A stretch of DNA of 12,695 nucleotides, from positions 1 to 12,695 of the forward strand of contig NZ_WUUQ01000009.1 of the NCBI RefSeq assembly GCF_009831105.1, in the 5' to 3' direction. The position numbers were made by a program, and so were the translations under genes. The stretch's first letter is position 1, and each line of letters starts with the position of its first letter. Below are positions 12,587 to 12,695 of this stretch, piece after piece. The notes below the pieces were generated by a model. The model did not search any database, was not told the DNA's origin, and was given only the letters and a program-made list of their open reading frames with translations. The DNA comes from Copranaerobaculum intestinale (GTDB lineage: Bacteria; Bacillota_I; Bacilli_A; Erysipelotrichales; Erysipelotrichaceae).

Positions 12587-12695
12587 TCAAATCTCAACCG
12601 CACCAAATTGTAATTTATGAAATTCTACCTCATAAGGAGTTTTAAAGTCAAACATTTTACGAGGCATTGAATTGATTTTAAATGCTATATCATCT
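12587..12695 (-). mobile_element. IS30-family transposase, C-terminal 35 codons only (truncated by window edge)
   Basis: The minus-strand frame reads DDIAFKINSMPRKMFDFKTPYEVEFHKLQFGAVEI-stop. N..PRK...F.TP.E.F is the characteristic C-terminal motif of IS30 DDE transposases. It is absent from the ORF track because it is under 60 aa. Confidence 0.7.

Overview
Chromosomal segment from a low-GC Gram-positive bacterium. The 16S 5' end has the GGCATGCCTAATACATGCAAGTCGAACG signature typical of Bacillota (Erysipelotrichia/Mollicutes-like). Coat F and YtaF genes suggest a spore former. The left 6.5 kb is ordinary: the 5' end of a 16S rRNA gene with a strong promoter and boxA-like leader, a DUF402 nucleoside phosphatase, a Coat F pair, a GAF-type free Met-R-sulfoxide reductase, a Cof-type HAD hydrolase, nagA, a small membrane protein, a flavodiiron protein and a YtaF/MntP-family membrane protein. 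The notable part is a self-contained minus-strand operon at 6599-12077, bounded by a promoter at about 12122-12150 and a long hairpin terminator at 6517-6600. It encodes, in order: a PHP phosphoesterase; a transglutaminase-like cysteine-protease lipoprotein; a two-domain GspF/PilC/ComGB platform protein; four small, tightly coupled N-terminally anchored pilin-like proteins whose prepilin cleavage motifs are degenerate or absent; and a PilT-family hexameric ATPase as the only motor. The window contains no PilB/ComGA-type assembly ATPase, no prepilin peptidase and no canonical G-F-T-L-x-E pilin. I read this as a non-canonical, possibly undescribed type IV filament-like system. The right edge carries a VOC/glyoxalase-fold gene and the C-terminal end of an IS30-family transposase. 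No CRISPR array, tRNA or obvious riboswitch was seen.
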